DNA of 64,000 nt, from positions 67,404 to 131,403 of the forward strand of contig CASEFL010000003.1 of the NCBI GenBank assembly GCA_949287245.1. Direction: 5' to 3'. Of the stretch, positions 9,417 through 19,670 are shown piece after piece. Under the pieces are notes generated by a model. That model searched no databases, was not told the origin of the DNA, and was given only the letters and a program-made list of their open reading frames with translations. Origin of the DNA: an uncultured Bacillota bacterium. Its GTDB lineage: Bacteria; Bacillota_I; Bacilli_A; RFN20; CAG-826. Each line of letters starts with the position of its first letter. Positions within the stretch are counted from its first letter, which is position 1. The position numbers and the translations under genes were made by a program.

Positions 9417-11395
9417 AAACTCGCCTTTAATTCAAAAATAATATCGCGCAGCTCCGCGGCGCGTTCAAAATTATACTCTTTTGCCGCTTCACGCATTTCA
9501 CGTTCTAGCATTTTGATTTGTTTTTCCATTTCGGAACGTGGCATCTTCTTTCCCTTGACTTTATTGCTTAAGGGAGACTCTTCCATATTTGTCAAAGGAG
9601 GACGAATTTCTTTCAATATTGTTTTAGGAATAATGTTATGCTCTTTGTTGTAATTTTCTTGAATGTTTCTTCTTCGATTCGTCTCACGAATTGCTTCATC
9701 CATTGATTTTGTTATCGTATCAGCGTACATAATCACTTTCCCGTTTGCATTTCTTGCCGCGCGGCCAACAATTTGAATTAAAGAACGGGTACTTCGTAAA
9801 AAACCTTCTTTGTCCGCATCTAAAATTGCAATCAAACTAACTTCTGGAATATCAAGACCTTCACGTAATAAATTAATACCAACAAGAACATCAAATTTTC
9901 CTTTTCGTAATTGATAAATAATTTCGGTACGTTCCAAAGTTTTCGTTTCGTTATGTAAGTAAGCAACTTTAATTCCCCTAACCTTCATGTATTCGGTTAA
10001 ATCTTCCGCCATACGAATGGTTAAAGTAACAACCATTGTTCTTTCGTTTCTTTTAACTCTTTCTTTTATCTCGTTCATCAAATCATCAATTTGACCGATT
10101 GTTGGACGCACAAAAATCTCAGGATCTAATAAACCTGTTGGACGAATAATTTGTTCCACCACTTCGTTATTGGCCTTTTCTAATTCAAAGGAACCTGGTG
10201 TAGCCGAAGTACAAAGAATATGCGCTGGAGCTAGCGATAAAAATTCTTCAAACTTTAATGGTCGATTATCTAAAGCACTAGGAAGACGAAAGCCATAATC
10301 AACAAGAGTTTGTTTACGAGAACGATCACCATTATACATACCATTAAGTTGAGGAATGCTAACGTGAGATTCATCAATCATTAATAAAAAATCCTTTGGA
10401 TAATAATCAAGTAGACACCATGGTTTTTGTCCAGGGAGTCTTTTATCAATATGCCGCGAATAATTTTCAATTCCCCGACAATGGCCAAATTCACGCATGG
10501 AGTCCATATCCTGTCTTGTCCGCATTTCCAAGCGCTCTGCCTCTAAAAGTTGACCATTTTCACGGAAAAATTGCAGTCTTTCTTCTAATTCTTGAGAAAT
10601 ACTTACACAAGCTTCTTCAATTCTTTTTCTTGTAGAAGCGTGGTCATAGGCAGGATATATAGGGTGCGTCTTAAAATAGTTGAGTGTCTTTCCGGTAATC
10701 CCATCAACCTCAGAAATAGATTCTATAAGATCATCAAATAAGGACAAACGAAGAAAAGAGGAAGTTTCCGCCATAGGGGCAATATCAATAAAATCTCCAT
10801 GTACGCGAAACGTTCCGGGTTCTAAATCATAATTTGTTCGCCGATATTGACACTCAATTAGACGCGAAAGAAATTCTTTTTGGTTAAGTTCCATCCCTTC
10901 GCGGACTTCAAAAGCAAGACCACGATATTCTTCAGGATCGCCTAATCCATAAATGGCTGCAACCGAGGCGACACAAATAGTATCACTTCGAGTTACAATT
11001 GAATTCACAGCCGCGCAACGTAGCATTTCGATTTCATCGTTCATTACAGCTTCTTTTTCAATATAAGTATCCGTTTTAGGAACATAAGCTTCTGGCTGAT
11101 AGAAATCAAAATTTGAGACAAAATACTCCACACGATTATGGGGAAATAATTCTTTAAACTCTCCATAAAGTTGTGACGCTAAAGTCTTATTATGAACAAG
11201 AACTAATGTTGGTTTATTTAATTTCGCAATAATATTCGCCGCAGTAAAAGTTTTGCCAGTTCCTGTTGCCCCTAGGAGAATATTCCACTTTTTTCCTTTT
11301 TCCATTGAGGCAATAATCTCGCGAATTGCCTCTGGCTGATCTCCTGTAGGTGCATAGGAAGAAACTAATTGAAAAGAACGGTTCTCATAATTCAT
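9413..11395 (-). CDS. uvrB: Excinuclease ABC subunit B
   Basis: GDQPEAI, GATGTGKT, YQPEAY, DESH, GINLLREGLD, C-terminal UVR coil FERAAELRD. Confidence 0.99.
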   Translation of the reverse strand: MNYENRSFQLVSSYAPTGDQPEAIREIIASMEKGKKWNILLGATGTGKTFTAANIIAKLNKPTLVLVHNKTLASQLYGEFKELFPHNRVEYFVSNFDFYQPEAYVPKTDTYIEKEAVMNDEIEMLRCAAVNSIVTRSDTICVASVAAIYGLGDPEEYRGLAFEVREGMELNQKEFLSRLIECQYRRTNYDLEPGTFRVHGDFIDIAPMAETSSFLRLSLFDDLIESISEVDGITGKTLNYFKTHPIYPAYDHASTRKRIEEACVSISQELEERLQFFRENGQLLEAERLEMRTRQDMDSMREFGHCRGIENYSRHIDKRLPGQKPWCLLDYYPKDFLLMIDESHVSIPQLNGMYNGDRSRKQTLVDYGFRLPSALDNRPLKFEEFLSLAPAHILCTSATPGSFELEKANNEVVEQIIRPTGLLDPEIFVRPTIGQIDDLMNEIKERVKRNERTMVVTLTIRMAEDLTEYMKVRGIKVAYLHNETKTLERTEIIYQLRKGKFDVLVGINLLREGLDIPEVSLIAILDADKEGFLRSTRSLIQIVGRAARNANGKVIMYADTITKSMDEAIRETNRRRNIQENYNKEHNIIPKTILKEIRPPLTNMEESPLSNKVKGKKMPRSEMEKQIKMLEREMREAAKEYNFERAAELRDIIFELKASL

Positions 11396-12407
11396 TGGAA
11401 TGTTCCTCGTTATGAATCTCTTCCTCTTTTAACTTGTTTTTTCTTTCTAATAGAAAACGCATGCTATGCGTTAATAAGGGCTTAAATCCTTCGCCATGAA
11501 TGGTAGAGGCTTGAATCATTGAAACAAAAGCTCTAGGGTCAACATCCGCAATTTTTAGCCGCAAAGAGTTAATTTCATCCTTATTAACAATAACACGTAA
11601 AATATCGCGTTTTTGACCAGAATATCCACCTTTTGCAGGGATAATTGTCGTACCGTGCCCAAGTTCATTTTCAACCCATTCCTTAATTTCATCAAGGTAA
11701 TCACTAATAATTTCGACAATAATTGCAGAGTTTCCACGAATATAAATAAACTGAATGGCTAAGGAAGCACAAAATGCGGTAAGTACGCCAATTAAGCAAA
11801 CAATAATATCCTGATAAAAACTAACACCAGCGATAACCAAAATTGCATCGATTAAAAAACTCCAAATATCTTCTCTAATAGGAAGAAATTTAGCAAGAAT
11901 TAACGATAAAACATCCACTCCGCCCGTGGACCCATTCCCCAAGAAAGAAACCGCCACACCTGCGCCAGTAAAAAACCCACCAAACAAACCAGCAATGAGT
12001 AGATAACTAATGTTATCTTTATACGAAGCTAGTTGAGCAAGACCTAATAGGTCAATAAAGCCCGTGCGCATTAATAAGGAGAAAAAAGCGGGATATAAAA
12101 GAGTGGATAACAAAGTACGAAGAGAAAATTTGACGCCTAAAAAAATCAAGCCAATAAGCCAAAAAATGATATTGGCTATTGCGACAACAATATCGGTAAC
12201 GGCAAATCCTATGGCAGGTTCTAAGGCACCATTTACTAAGATACCTATGGATAAAACACCACCAGAAATAATGTTAAATGGTTCTAAAAATGCCGCCGAA
12301 GCAAAGGCCAAAATAAAACATCCCAAAACAATAAAAAAGATATTTTTTAACTCTCGAAGAAATTCTTTTTTTGTTGGTTTTCGAAAATTAAGATTGAGAC
12401 GACGCAT
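11385..12407 (-). CDS. YitT family membrane protein
   Basis: SGG, GSTGGVD, C-terminal DUF2179-like G.T...GGYSG / DPRAF. Confidence 0.9.
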   Translation of the reverse strand: MRRLNLNFRKPTKKEFLRELKNIFFIVLGCFILAFASAAFLEPFNIISGGVLSIGILVNGALEPAIGFAVTDIVVAIANIIFWLIGLIFLGVKFSLRTLLSTLLYPAFFSLLMRTGFIDLLGLAQLASYKDNISYLLIAGLFGGFFTGAGVAVSFLGNGSTGGVDVLSLILAKFLPIREDIWSFLIDAILVIAGVSFYQDIIVCLIGVLTAFCASLAIQFIYIRGNSAIIVEIISDYLDEIKEWVENELGHGTTIIPAKGGYSGQKRDILRVIVNKDEINSLRLKIADVDPRAFVSMIQASTIHGEGFKPLLTHSMRFLLERKNKLKEEEIHNEEHSNEL

Positions 12408-13507
12408 CTTTAGCCTCCTTTTCTAAATAAGCATACATGAAGGCATCAAGGTCTCCATCCATTACGCCAGAAACATCAGCAGTTTCATAATTTGTACGAT
12501 TATCTTTTACTAAAGTATAAGGACAAAATACATAACTCCGAATTTGTGAACCCCATTCAATATTTTTTTGTTCTCCAATAATGGATTTTAATTTGGCATC
12601 ACGTTCTTCAATTTTACGTTGCATTAAGCGGTCACTTAACATTTCCATACACGTTTGTTTATTCATTAACTGACTTCGTTCAATTTCACATTGAACAACA
12701 ATACCGGTAGGAATATGAGTAATACGGACAGCGCTAGAAACTTTATTCACATTTTGTCCACCTGCCCCACCAGAACGGAAAGTATCAACGCGTAAATCTT
12801 TTGGATCAATAACTACATCGGAGACGCTACCAAACTCAGGAACGACATTCACCGAGGCAAAAGAAGTATGACGACGAGCAGAAGCGTCAAAAGGAGAAAT
12901 CCGCACCAAACGATGAACGCCTTTTTCCCCTTTTAATAAACCATAGGCATGATTCCCAGAAATTTTTACAGAGACCGATTTTAAACCAGCCTCATCCCCT
13001 GCTTCATAGGATAAAACATGCCATGAAAAACCGTGCTTTTCCACCCAGCGACTATACATCCTTAAAAGCATATCTGCCCAATCTTGGGCCTCTGTGCCTC
13101 CCGCTCCTGGATGAATATCTAATGTACAATTCAATGAATCATATTCACCAGAAAAAAGCAAAGATGTACGAAGCTTATGAATCTTTTCTTGAAGCTCTTT
13201 TTCTTCGGCTTCTAGTAATTCAAGCATTTCCAAATCTTCAGAAGAGGTAACCGTTAATAACTCAGATAACTCCGCAAAATCCCTTTTAATTTCTCGATAA
13301 TCATCAAGAGTTGTTTTTGCATCCTTATAGCGAGAAACAATTTCTAAAGCCTTTTTTTGATCAGACCAAAAATCAGGATTGCTTTGTAAATCCTCACATT
13401 CTTTAACAACTTTTTCTAAACGATGCTCGTCAAAGAGAGTCACCGAGCTGCGAAACAAGTACGGCAAAATTATCAATCGCTTGTTTTAACTCGACTAGCT
13501 CTTTCAT
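12388..13507 (-). CDS. prfB: Peptide chain release factor 2, with programmed +1 frameshift at codon 25/26
   Basis: ATG at 13507 overlaps the secA stop (TAATG); MKELVELKQAIDNFAVLVSQLGDSL then CTT-TGA-C, resuming in the +1 frame; SPF and GGQ motifs. Confidence 0.97.
13429..13444 (-). other. prfB +1 frameshift cassette
   Basis: GGTGACTCT-CTT-TGA-C; CTT at 13435-13433, in-frame TGA at 13432-13430. Confidence 0.93.
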
Positions 13508-15924
13508 TATTCCTCTCCTTTGCTTTGTTCTGAAGAATTGTTGCTATCTTCTTCTTTTGGTTCTGGCTTTTTCACTTCAATTTTCACATTTAAAAGATTT
13601 AAGATAGTATCAACAGCAGAACGTTCTTCCATTTCTTTAAATAAATCCCAGCCCTCATTGACATATTCTTGTAAGGGGTTAGTTTGCGCATAGCTACGTA
13701 AACTAATCCCATCCCGTAAATGAGACATCTTATCAATATGAGAAGTCCAAGCGCGGTCAATTAAACGTAAAGTCAGTCTGCGTTCTAAAGAATCAATACT
13801 TTCCTTGGGCCAAGCATTTCTTTTTCTTAAATAGAATTCATAAAGGAATTCTCCAAGATCAACTCCTGCTTCTTCTGGATCCGCTCCATCATAAGCAGCG
13901 TAAGCTTCCTTTTTAAAAGTTCCAACAGGAATAAACTGTGGTTCTAATATCTTTTTCAAAGAGGCACTATTTACTAAATCCTGCCCCGTTGAAGCATCAA
14001 TTGCATGATGGCAGCAGAATTTACCAGTTGTAATGAAATAATCGTGAATCAGATCGCTAATATCTTCTGCCATAAGAATCTTATCGCGTTTTCCATACAC
14101 ACTTTCTCTCATTTGCGCTAAAACATCATCGTAGTCTTTTAAGCTCTTCCGTACATCAAAGTTTTTTCCTTCAATTTGCGTTTGCGCATTCGTGACAAGA
14201 CGTTGAATTGATTTATTTTCCATTGATTCATCCTGCAAACTCTTAATTGCAAATTCGCGCATCTTATCCGGAACAAAACGACGAAGAAGTTCATCTTCAA
14301 AAGAAACAAAGAAACGACTATAACCTTTATCCCCCTGACGACCAGAACGTCCTCTTAACTGATTATCGATACGACGAGATTCATGTCGTTCTGTTCCAAG
14401 GACACAAAGCCCACCTAAGTCACTAACCCCTTCGCCTAATTTAATATCCGTACCACGGCCAGCCATATTTGTTGCTAAAGTAACGGCACCTTTTTCTCCA
14501 GCATGAGAAATAATTTCAGCTTCGCGTGCTTGATTACGAGCGCTTAATACTTCATGAGGAATCCCAGCTTTCTCAAGAAGAGCGGAAATTTCTAAGTTGC
14601 TTTCTACTGAAACTGTACCAATTAAGATTGGTTGCCCTTTTTCATGACGAGCCTTTACTTCTGCTACTAAAGCAGCAAGTTTCGCTTTTTTCGTTCCAAA
14701 AAGAAGATCATCATCATCAATACGAATAACGGGACGGTTTGTAGGAATAGAAACAACTTTCATGTTATAAATTGTGCGGAACTCTTCCTCTTCCGTTTTC
14801 GCTGTACCAGTCATACCGGAAACTTTCTTAAATAAGCGGAAGAAGTTTTGATAAGTAATCGTTGCCACAACAACTGTCTCTTGTTTAATTTCTACACCCT
14901 CTTTTGCTTGAATGGCTTGTTGAAGACCGTCGTTATACTCTCTTCCTGGCATAATACGCCCAGTATTTTGGTCGATGAGTTGAATTTTTCTTTCCTTATC
15001 AACCATATATTCCACATCTCTAGACATGATGTAGTTTGCTTTTAAAGCCTGGTGAATCCGGTGAACTAAATCTTGATACTCTGGAGCATAAAGATTCCGT
15101 ACACCAAACATACGCTCGGCCTTGCTATTTCCTTCGTCGGTTAAAGAACACGTTTTATCTTGTACATCAATGGTGTAGTCCACATCCTTACGTAACATTT
15201 TGACAAAACGGTCAGCCACAGCATATTGAGAAGCAGCCACTCTTGTTCCCCCAGAAATAATTAAAGGAGTACGAGATTCATCAATTAAAATAGAGTCTGC
15301 TTCATCAACAATAGCAAAATTTAACCCGCGAAGAACTCTTCCTTCTAAAGTAGGAGACATATTGTCTCGAAGGTAATCAAATCCAAGTTCAGAGTTTGTT
15401 GTATAAGTAATATCGCAAGCATACGCTTCTTTTTTTTCATGAGGAGTTTTACTCGCCAAATTAACACCGACAGTTAAACCCAAGAAACGATAAACTTGTC
15501 CCATCCACTCGGCATCACGCGAAGCCAAGTACTCGTTCACCGTGACAACATGAACACCATGTCCACTTAACGCATTAAGATAAACAGCCATAGTGGCAGT
15601 AAGGGTTTTTCCTTCACCAGTTTTCATTTCGGCAACATCGCCATTATGCAAAACAAGAGAACCAATAATTTGTACTTTAAAAGGCTTCTGATGAAGAGTG
15701 CGCCAACCCGCTTCTCTTGCTACAGCAAAAGCTTCATATTTAATATCTTCTAACGTTTCTCCTGCGGCTAAACGCTCACGAAATTCTGCAGTTTTATTCA
15801 TTAATTGTTCATCCGTTAAGGCACTCATTTGCTCATCATAAGCTATGACTTGTTCAGCCTCACGTTCATAACGGCGCAGTTCCCGTTCTTCCAATCGAAA
15901 AATACGTTCTATAAAGTTCGCCAT
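13507..15924 (-). CDS. secA: Preprotein translocase ATPase SecA (no C-terminal Zn-binding domain)
   Basis: EMKTGEGKT, VTVNEYLA, DEAD, ATNMAGRGTDI, QLRGRSGRQG. Confidence 0.99.
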   Translation of the reverse strand: MANFIERIFRLEERELRRYEREAEQVIAYDEQMSALTDEQLMNKTAEFRERLAAGETLEDIKYEAFAVAREAGWRTLHQKPFKVQIIGSLVLHNGDVAEMKTGEGKTLTATMAVYLNALSGHGVHVVTVNEYLASRDAEWMGQVYRFLGLTVGVNLASKTPHEKKEAYACDITYTTNSELGFDYLRDNMSPTLEGRVLRGLNFAIVDEADSILIDESRTPLIISGGTRVAASQYAVADRFVKMLRKDVDYTIDVQDKTCSLTDEGNSKAERMFGVRNLYAPEYQDLVHRIHQALKANYIMSRDVEYMVDKERKIQLIDQNTGRIMPGREYNDGLQQAIQAKEGVEIKQETVVVATITYQNFFRLFKKVSGMTGTAKTEEEEFRTIYNMKVVSIPTNRPVIRIDDDDLLFGTKKAKLAALVAEVKARHEKGQPILIGTVSVESNLEISALLEKAGIPHEVLSARNQAREAEIISHAGEKGAVTLATNMAGRGTDIKLGEGVSDLGGLCVLGTERHESRRIDNQLRGRSGRQGDKGYSRFFVSFEDELLRRFVPDKMREFAIKSLQDESMENKSIQRLVTNAQTQIEGKNFDVRKSLKDYDDVLAQMRESVYGKRDKILMAEDISDLIHDYFITTGKFCCHHAIDASTGQDLVNSASLKKILEPQFIPVGTFKKEAYAAYDGADPEEAGVDLGEFLYEFYLRKRNAWPKESIDSLERRLTLRLIDRAWTSHIDKMSHLRDGISLRSYAQTNPLQEYVNEGWDLFKEMEERSAVDTILNLLNVKIEVKKPEPKEEDSNNSSEQSKGEE

Positions 15925-15958
15925 TCGAAGACACCTCCCAAAGGGCTCAATGATATTA

Positions 15959-16597
15959 TCATTGACACCTCAATCCATCAATTTTTGCTTTATTCTTTTT
16001 CCATTTTGTTCTTGCCATTACAAACGCTTTGATGTGCTTTACCCCTTTTTCTTGTAGTAAATCACGCATTGCAAGTAAAGTAGAACCAGTTGTGCAAACA
16101 TCATCAACAAGAAGATAATGACGCGAACAATCAACTTCCTTACAAAGAATTCTCTTTTTTACTTCTTTTCGTTCCTTTAAAGAACAATCACTTTGTTTCA
16201 AGGAATCCTTCTTTTCAAAAATCGATAACATAGGCAAAGAAAGAGAAGAAAACATCTCTTCAACGTGATTGTAACCTCTTTTTTTATCATTTTCTTTTGC
16301 GGATGGAGCAGGAAGCATGATGTAGGAATGAAAGTATAAAGATAAAAGAAAAGCACTAGGCAAGAAAAACACATCCTTTAATGCGTAATCGAAACATCCT
16401 TTAAATTGATAAAGTAAAGACCGAATAAAATCGTTATATTCATAAAGAGAATATATGGTTAATCCCTCAAGTACTTCCTTTTTAAAAGAAGGTTTCATCA
16501 TTGCAAGACAGTTTGAACACAAAATCGGTTCTTGTAGAAAAGCACTATCCCAGCTTAGATTGGGGATATTTTTGAAGCAAACCTTGCAAATCGCCAT
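15959..16597 (-). CDS. comFC: ComFC/ComF family competence phosphoribosyltransferase-like protein
   Basis: CKVC...CSNC zinc ribbon, RGYNH, LLVDDVCTTGSTL; follows comFA. Confidence 0.88.
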   Translation of the reverse strand: MAICKVCFKNIPNLSWDSAFLQEPILCSNCLAMMKPSFKKEVLEGLTIYSLYEYNDFIRSLLYQFKGCFDYALKDVFFLPSAFLLSLYFHSYIMLPAPSAKENDKKRGYNHVEEMFSSLSLPMLSIFEKKDSLKQSDCSLKERKEVKKRILCKEVDCSRHYLLVDDVCTTGSTLLAMRDLLQEKGVKHIKAFVMARTKWKKNKAKIDGLRCQ

Positions 16598-17732
16598 TTG
16601 TTTTTTCGATTTCTTTAATCGCCTCCTTGATTGCTTTGGTTTTTCTCTCACCAAAAAAGATAACATTTCCTTCCTCAAAATTTTTCTTTCTTCCTACTCT
16701 TCCTGCAATTTGGATTAATGCTGCAGCATCATAAATTTCTTCTTCATCTGCATGATAAACAAGAACTTGGAGATTTTTTACCGTGACTCCTCTTTCGAGT
16801 ACTGATGTTGTTACTAAGTACATGTATTTTCCCTTTCGGAAATCATCAATAATTTGTTCGCGGTCTTCTTTTTTGCTATGAACATAGTTGCCTCCTTTAA
16901 CAAAAAGAGAAAGAAACTTTCCTAAACATTCACATTCCCCGATTGTGGGAACAAAAACGAAAGTTGGTTTTCCTTCCTTTTGAAATTTTTTTAAATAAAA
17001 AATAATGGGGACGCGCTGGAAAAACAAAAACCATTCGTGAAACTTTGGAACAGGAATTGGCGAAAGATGAAAACGTGCATTTAGATGCAAAATCTCATGA
17101 TTTTCTTTTGTAAATTCCTCAAGAACATCCTCAGGAGGCGTAGCACTCATCAAAACCAATCGTCCCTTTACTGCTTTTTTTAAAAAGGAGGAAAGGACAA
17201 AATTCCCTTTATAGGGAAAAGCATCGATTTCATCTACAATTAATAAATCAAAATAATGGGGATATCGGTAAAGTTGATGAGTCGTAAGAAGAATAATATC
17301 TCCGACCAATTCTTCATGATGATCGCCATAAACCAAAACACATTTTGCGTTGGGAAATGCTTCTTGAAAACGAGTATAAAGTTCCTTTGCGACATCTTTA
17401 CGAGGAACAGCAAAGCCTGGATGACCACCTTGCTTTAAACATGTTTCTATTACTCCAAAAATTAATTCCGTTTTGCCAGCCCCACAAACAGCGTGAATTA
17501 AAGTGTCCTTCCCCAATAAGTAATTTTTTATAATTTGATCAGAAAGTTCCTTTTGAAAAGGGGTTAAAGAGTAATTTAAAACAAGAGATATATTGGGAGA
17601 AATTAAGGGTTTTTCTTGAACCTCTTCTCCTTGAAAAGAAATACATCTACGACAATAAAGACTTCCATCCTTCTTTTTACCTAAATAGGATTCATCTTGA
17701 TTTCCACAACGAGGACAAATATAAAAACTCAT
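16545..17732 (-). CDS. comFA: ComFA competence SF2 helicase-like ATPase
   Basis: CPRC...YCRRC, AVCGAGKTE, DEIDAFP, SATP, LERGVT, QIAGRVGR. Confidence 0.92.
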   Translation of the reverse strand: MSFYICPRCGNQDESYLGKKKDGSLYCRRCISFQGEEVQEKPLISPNISLVLNYSLTPFQKELSDQIIKNYLLGKDTLIHAVCGAGKTELIFGVIETCLKQGGHPGFAVPRKDVAKELYTRFQEAFPNAKCVLVYGDHHEELVGDIILLTTHQLYRYPHYFDLLIVDEIDAFPYKGNFVLSSFLKKAVKGRLVLMSATPPEDVLEEFTKENHEILHLNARFHLSPIPVPKFHEWFLFFQRVPIIFYLKKFQKEGKPTFVFVPTIGECECLGKFLSLFVKGGNYVHSKKEDREQIIDDFRKGKYMYLVTTSVLERGVTVKNLQVLVYHADEEEIYDAAALIQIAGRVGRKKNFEEGNVIFFGERKTKAIKEAIKEIEKTNGDLQGLLQKYPQSKLG

Positions 17733-17768
17733 CTCTTTTCTATACAAAGAGAAAGAACAAAAATGCCC

Positions 17769-18218
17769 TTATTCATCCTTAAAACATTCAATTTCATCAA
17801 CCCGTTTTTGGTGTCTACCACCAAGAAATGGTGTTTCTAGAAAAAGGTCTATTGAAGAGAAAACATCGTTTTCATTCATAAAACGCGCCCCAAAAGCAAT
17901 CATATTCGCGTCATTATGTTCACGGGTAAGTTTACTCACTTCTGGTGAGTAACCAACTCCACAACGAATGCCTTTAATCTTGTTTGCAGCCATCATGATT
18001 CCTTCACCAGTTCCGCAACATAAAATACCAAAACGAACCTCTTGCTTTGATACTAAAAGGGCAGCCTTATGAGCAAAAAGAGGATAATCAACCGAAACTT
18101 CAGAACAATCCGTCCCTACATCAATAACGTCATATCCCTTCTTGATTAAATAGGATTTAATTTTTTCTTTTAATTGAAAGCCTGCATGATCGGAACCAAC
18201 AGCAATTTTCATATACAT
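17769..18218 (-). CDS. rpiB: Ribose-5-phosphate isomerase B
   Basis: GSDHAG, VDYP, CGTGEG, ANK, REHNDAN, GGRH. Confidence 0.95.
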   Translation of the reverse strand: MYMKIAVGSDHAGFQLKEKIKSYLIKKGYDVIDVGTDCSEVSVDYPLFAHKAALLVSKQEVRFGILCCGTGEGIMMAANKIKGIRCGVGYSPEVSKLTREHNDANMIAFGARFMNENDVFSSIDLFLETPFLGGRHQKRVDEIECFKDE

Positions 18219-18829
18219 TTCTCCTCATAATATTTTTTTAGTTTAGAAAAAGATAACGCGCCTTCTCTAATTAATTGAATACTCTCATGCGATAAATCGA
18301 CAATCGTAGACGCAAGTGAACTTCCACATTCTCCTTGAACAAAGGCATCCGCTTTCCCAAAGAAACTTTCATAAGCCTCCTGAAAAGAGGTTGCCGTTTT
18401 TTCTCCAGCAATATTCGCGGATGTAACAAGGCAAGGAACATCGACATTACTAAGAAGTTGTTGTACAAATAAACTATCAGGAACACGTATACCAATAACC
18501 CCTGTTCCTAAATGGTTCCAATAAGGAAGAGAATTTCTACCTTGAACAAGAACCGTTAAAGGGCCAGGAAGAAAATGCCTCATAAAAGCAATAGCTTTTG
18601 AATTAGGTTTAATTAATTTAATTGCAGACTCAACATCTTTTGCCATAAGGCTAATTGGCTTATCGGGGGAACGTCTTTTTATATCAATTAACCTTTCATA
18701 ACTTTTTTCGTTATCATGACGAACTCCAATCCCCCAAACCGTCTCTGTTGGGAAGACAAGAATCCCTCCTTCATTGAGTATTTTCCCTGCAGAAGTGACT
18801 TCTTTTTCTTGAAAAATTATACTATTCAT
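18209..18829 (-). CDS. tsaC: Threonylcarbamoyl-AMP synthase (Sua5/YrdC)
   Basis: FPTETVWG, KRR..KP, PGPLT, GIRVP, TSAN, STIVD. Confidence 0.93.
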   Translation of the reverse strand: MNSIIFQEKEVTSAGKILNEGGILVFPTETVWGIGVRHDNEKSYERLIDIKRRSPDKPISLMAKDVESAIKLIKPNSKAIAFMRHFLPGPLTVLVQGRNSLPYWNHLGTGVIGIRVPDSLFVQQLLSNVDVPCLVTSANIAGEKTATSFQEAYESFFGKADAFVQGECGSSLASTIVDLSHESIQLIREGALSFSKLKKYYEEKCI

Positions 18830-19670
18830 AAAGATACACCAATAAAAAACGCGTAAATCCATTCATATCTTCATAAAATGAATATTCATAACGAGATAAA
18901 TGTTTCTTCATTAACGAAACAAGATAATCTTTTAGTTTCGGATCGATTTCAAAGGCCATAAACATTGAGCCTTTTTTTACTTTATTAACATTCCGAAACA
19001 CTTTCTCGTACACATTATCATTAATATCAAAATACAAAGCTTTTGCTGGTTCATAAAGATTAACGCTTTCTTGCGCTTCCTCTTTGCTCATCACATAAGG
19101 CGGATTGGATACTAAAATATCAACGGCCATATTACTTTGGATAATCGGTTCTAATGCATCCCCTTCTTTTGTTTGAATGGATAAATGTTCACGCGCAATA
19201 TTTCGTTTTGCCACTTCCAATGCCGGTTTACTAATATCGGTAGCGGTCATTAACCAATTAGGGAAAAGAGTTTTTAATGCTATCGCAATCGCCCCTGAAC
19301 CCGTTCCGATATCGACACAAACAAGATAATTTCTTGGATCAAAATATTTGGATACATGCTCAGAAATTAAGGCAACAAGTTCTTCTGTTTCACTACGAGG
19401 GATTAAAACATCTTGCGTAATTTCTAATCGATGATTTAAAAACTCGCACTCCCCTAAAATTTGTTCAACAGGCTCTCCTTTTATGAGTCGCTCAACTTGT
19501 AAATGAAACAAATCTACATGTTTCATTTCTTCATTTTTGCGAAGAAAAACATCCATTTGACTGGGTAAATTTTCATTTTTGCGAATCAATAAACGCAAGT
19601 CTACAGACAATATTCCTGCATCTTTGCCTTTATCTAACGCCCATTTTATTTCTTCACCGATGGTCGCCAT
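18822..19670 (-). CDS. prmC: Release factor glutamine methyltransferase
   Basis: VLIPRSETE, DIGTGSGAIA, SNPPY; follows prfA. Confidence 0.96.
   Translation of the reverse strand: MATIGEEIKWALDKGKDAGILSVDLRLLIRKNENLPSQMDVFLRKNEEMKHVDLFHLQVERLIKGEPVEQILGECEFLNHRLEITQDVLIPRSETEELVALISEHVSKYFDPRNYLVCVDIGTGSGAIAIALKTLFPNWLMTATDISKPALEVAKRNIAREHLSIQTKEGDALEPIIQSNMAVDILVSNPPYVMSKEEAQESVNLYEPAKALYFDINDNVYEKVFRNVNKVKKGSMFMAFEIDPKLKDYLVSLMKKHLSRYEYSFYEDMNGFTRFLLVYLYE

Noticed and set aside
13430-13476. prfB as a pseudogene, or starting at TTG 13476
   Set aside because: Explained by the conserved programmed +1 frameshift, with the true ATG at 13507
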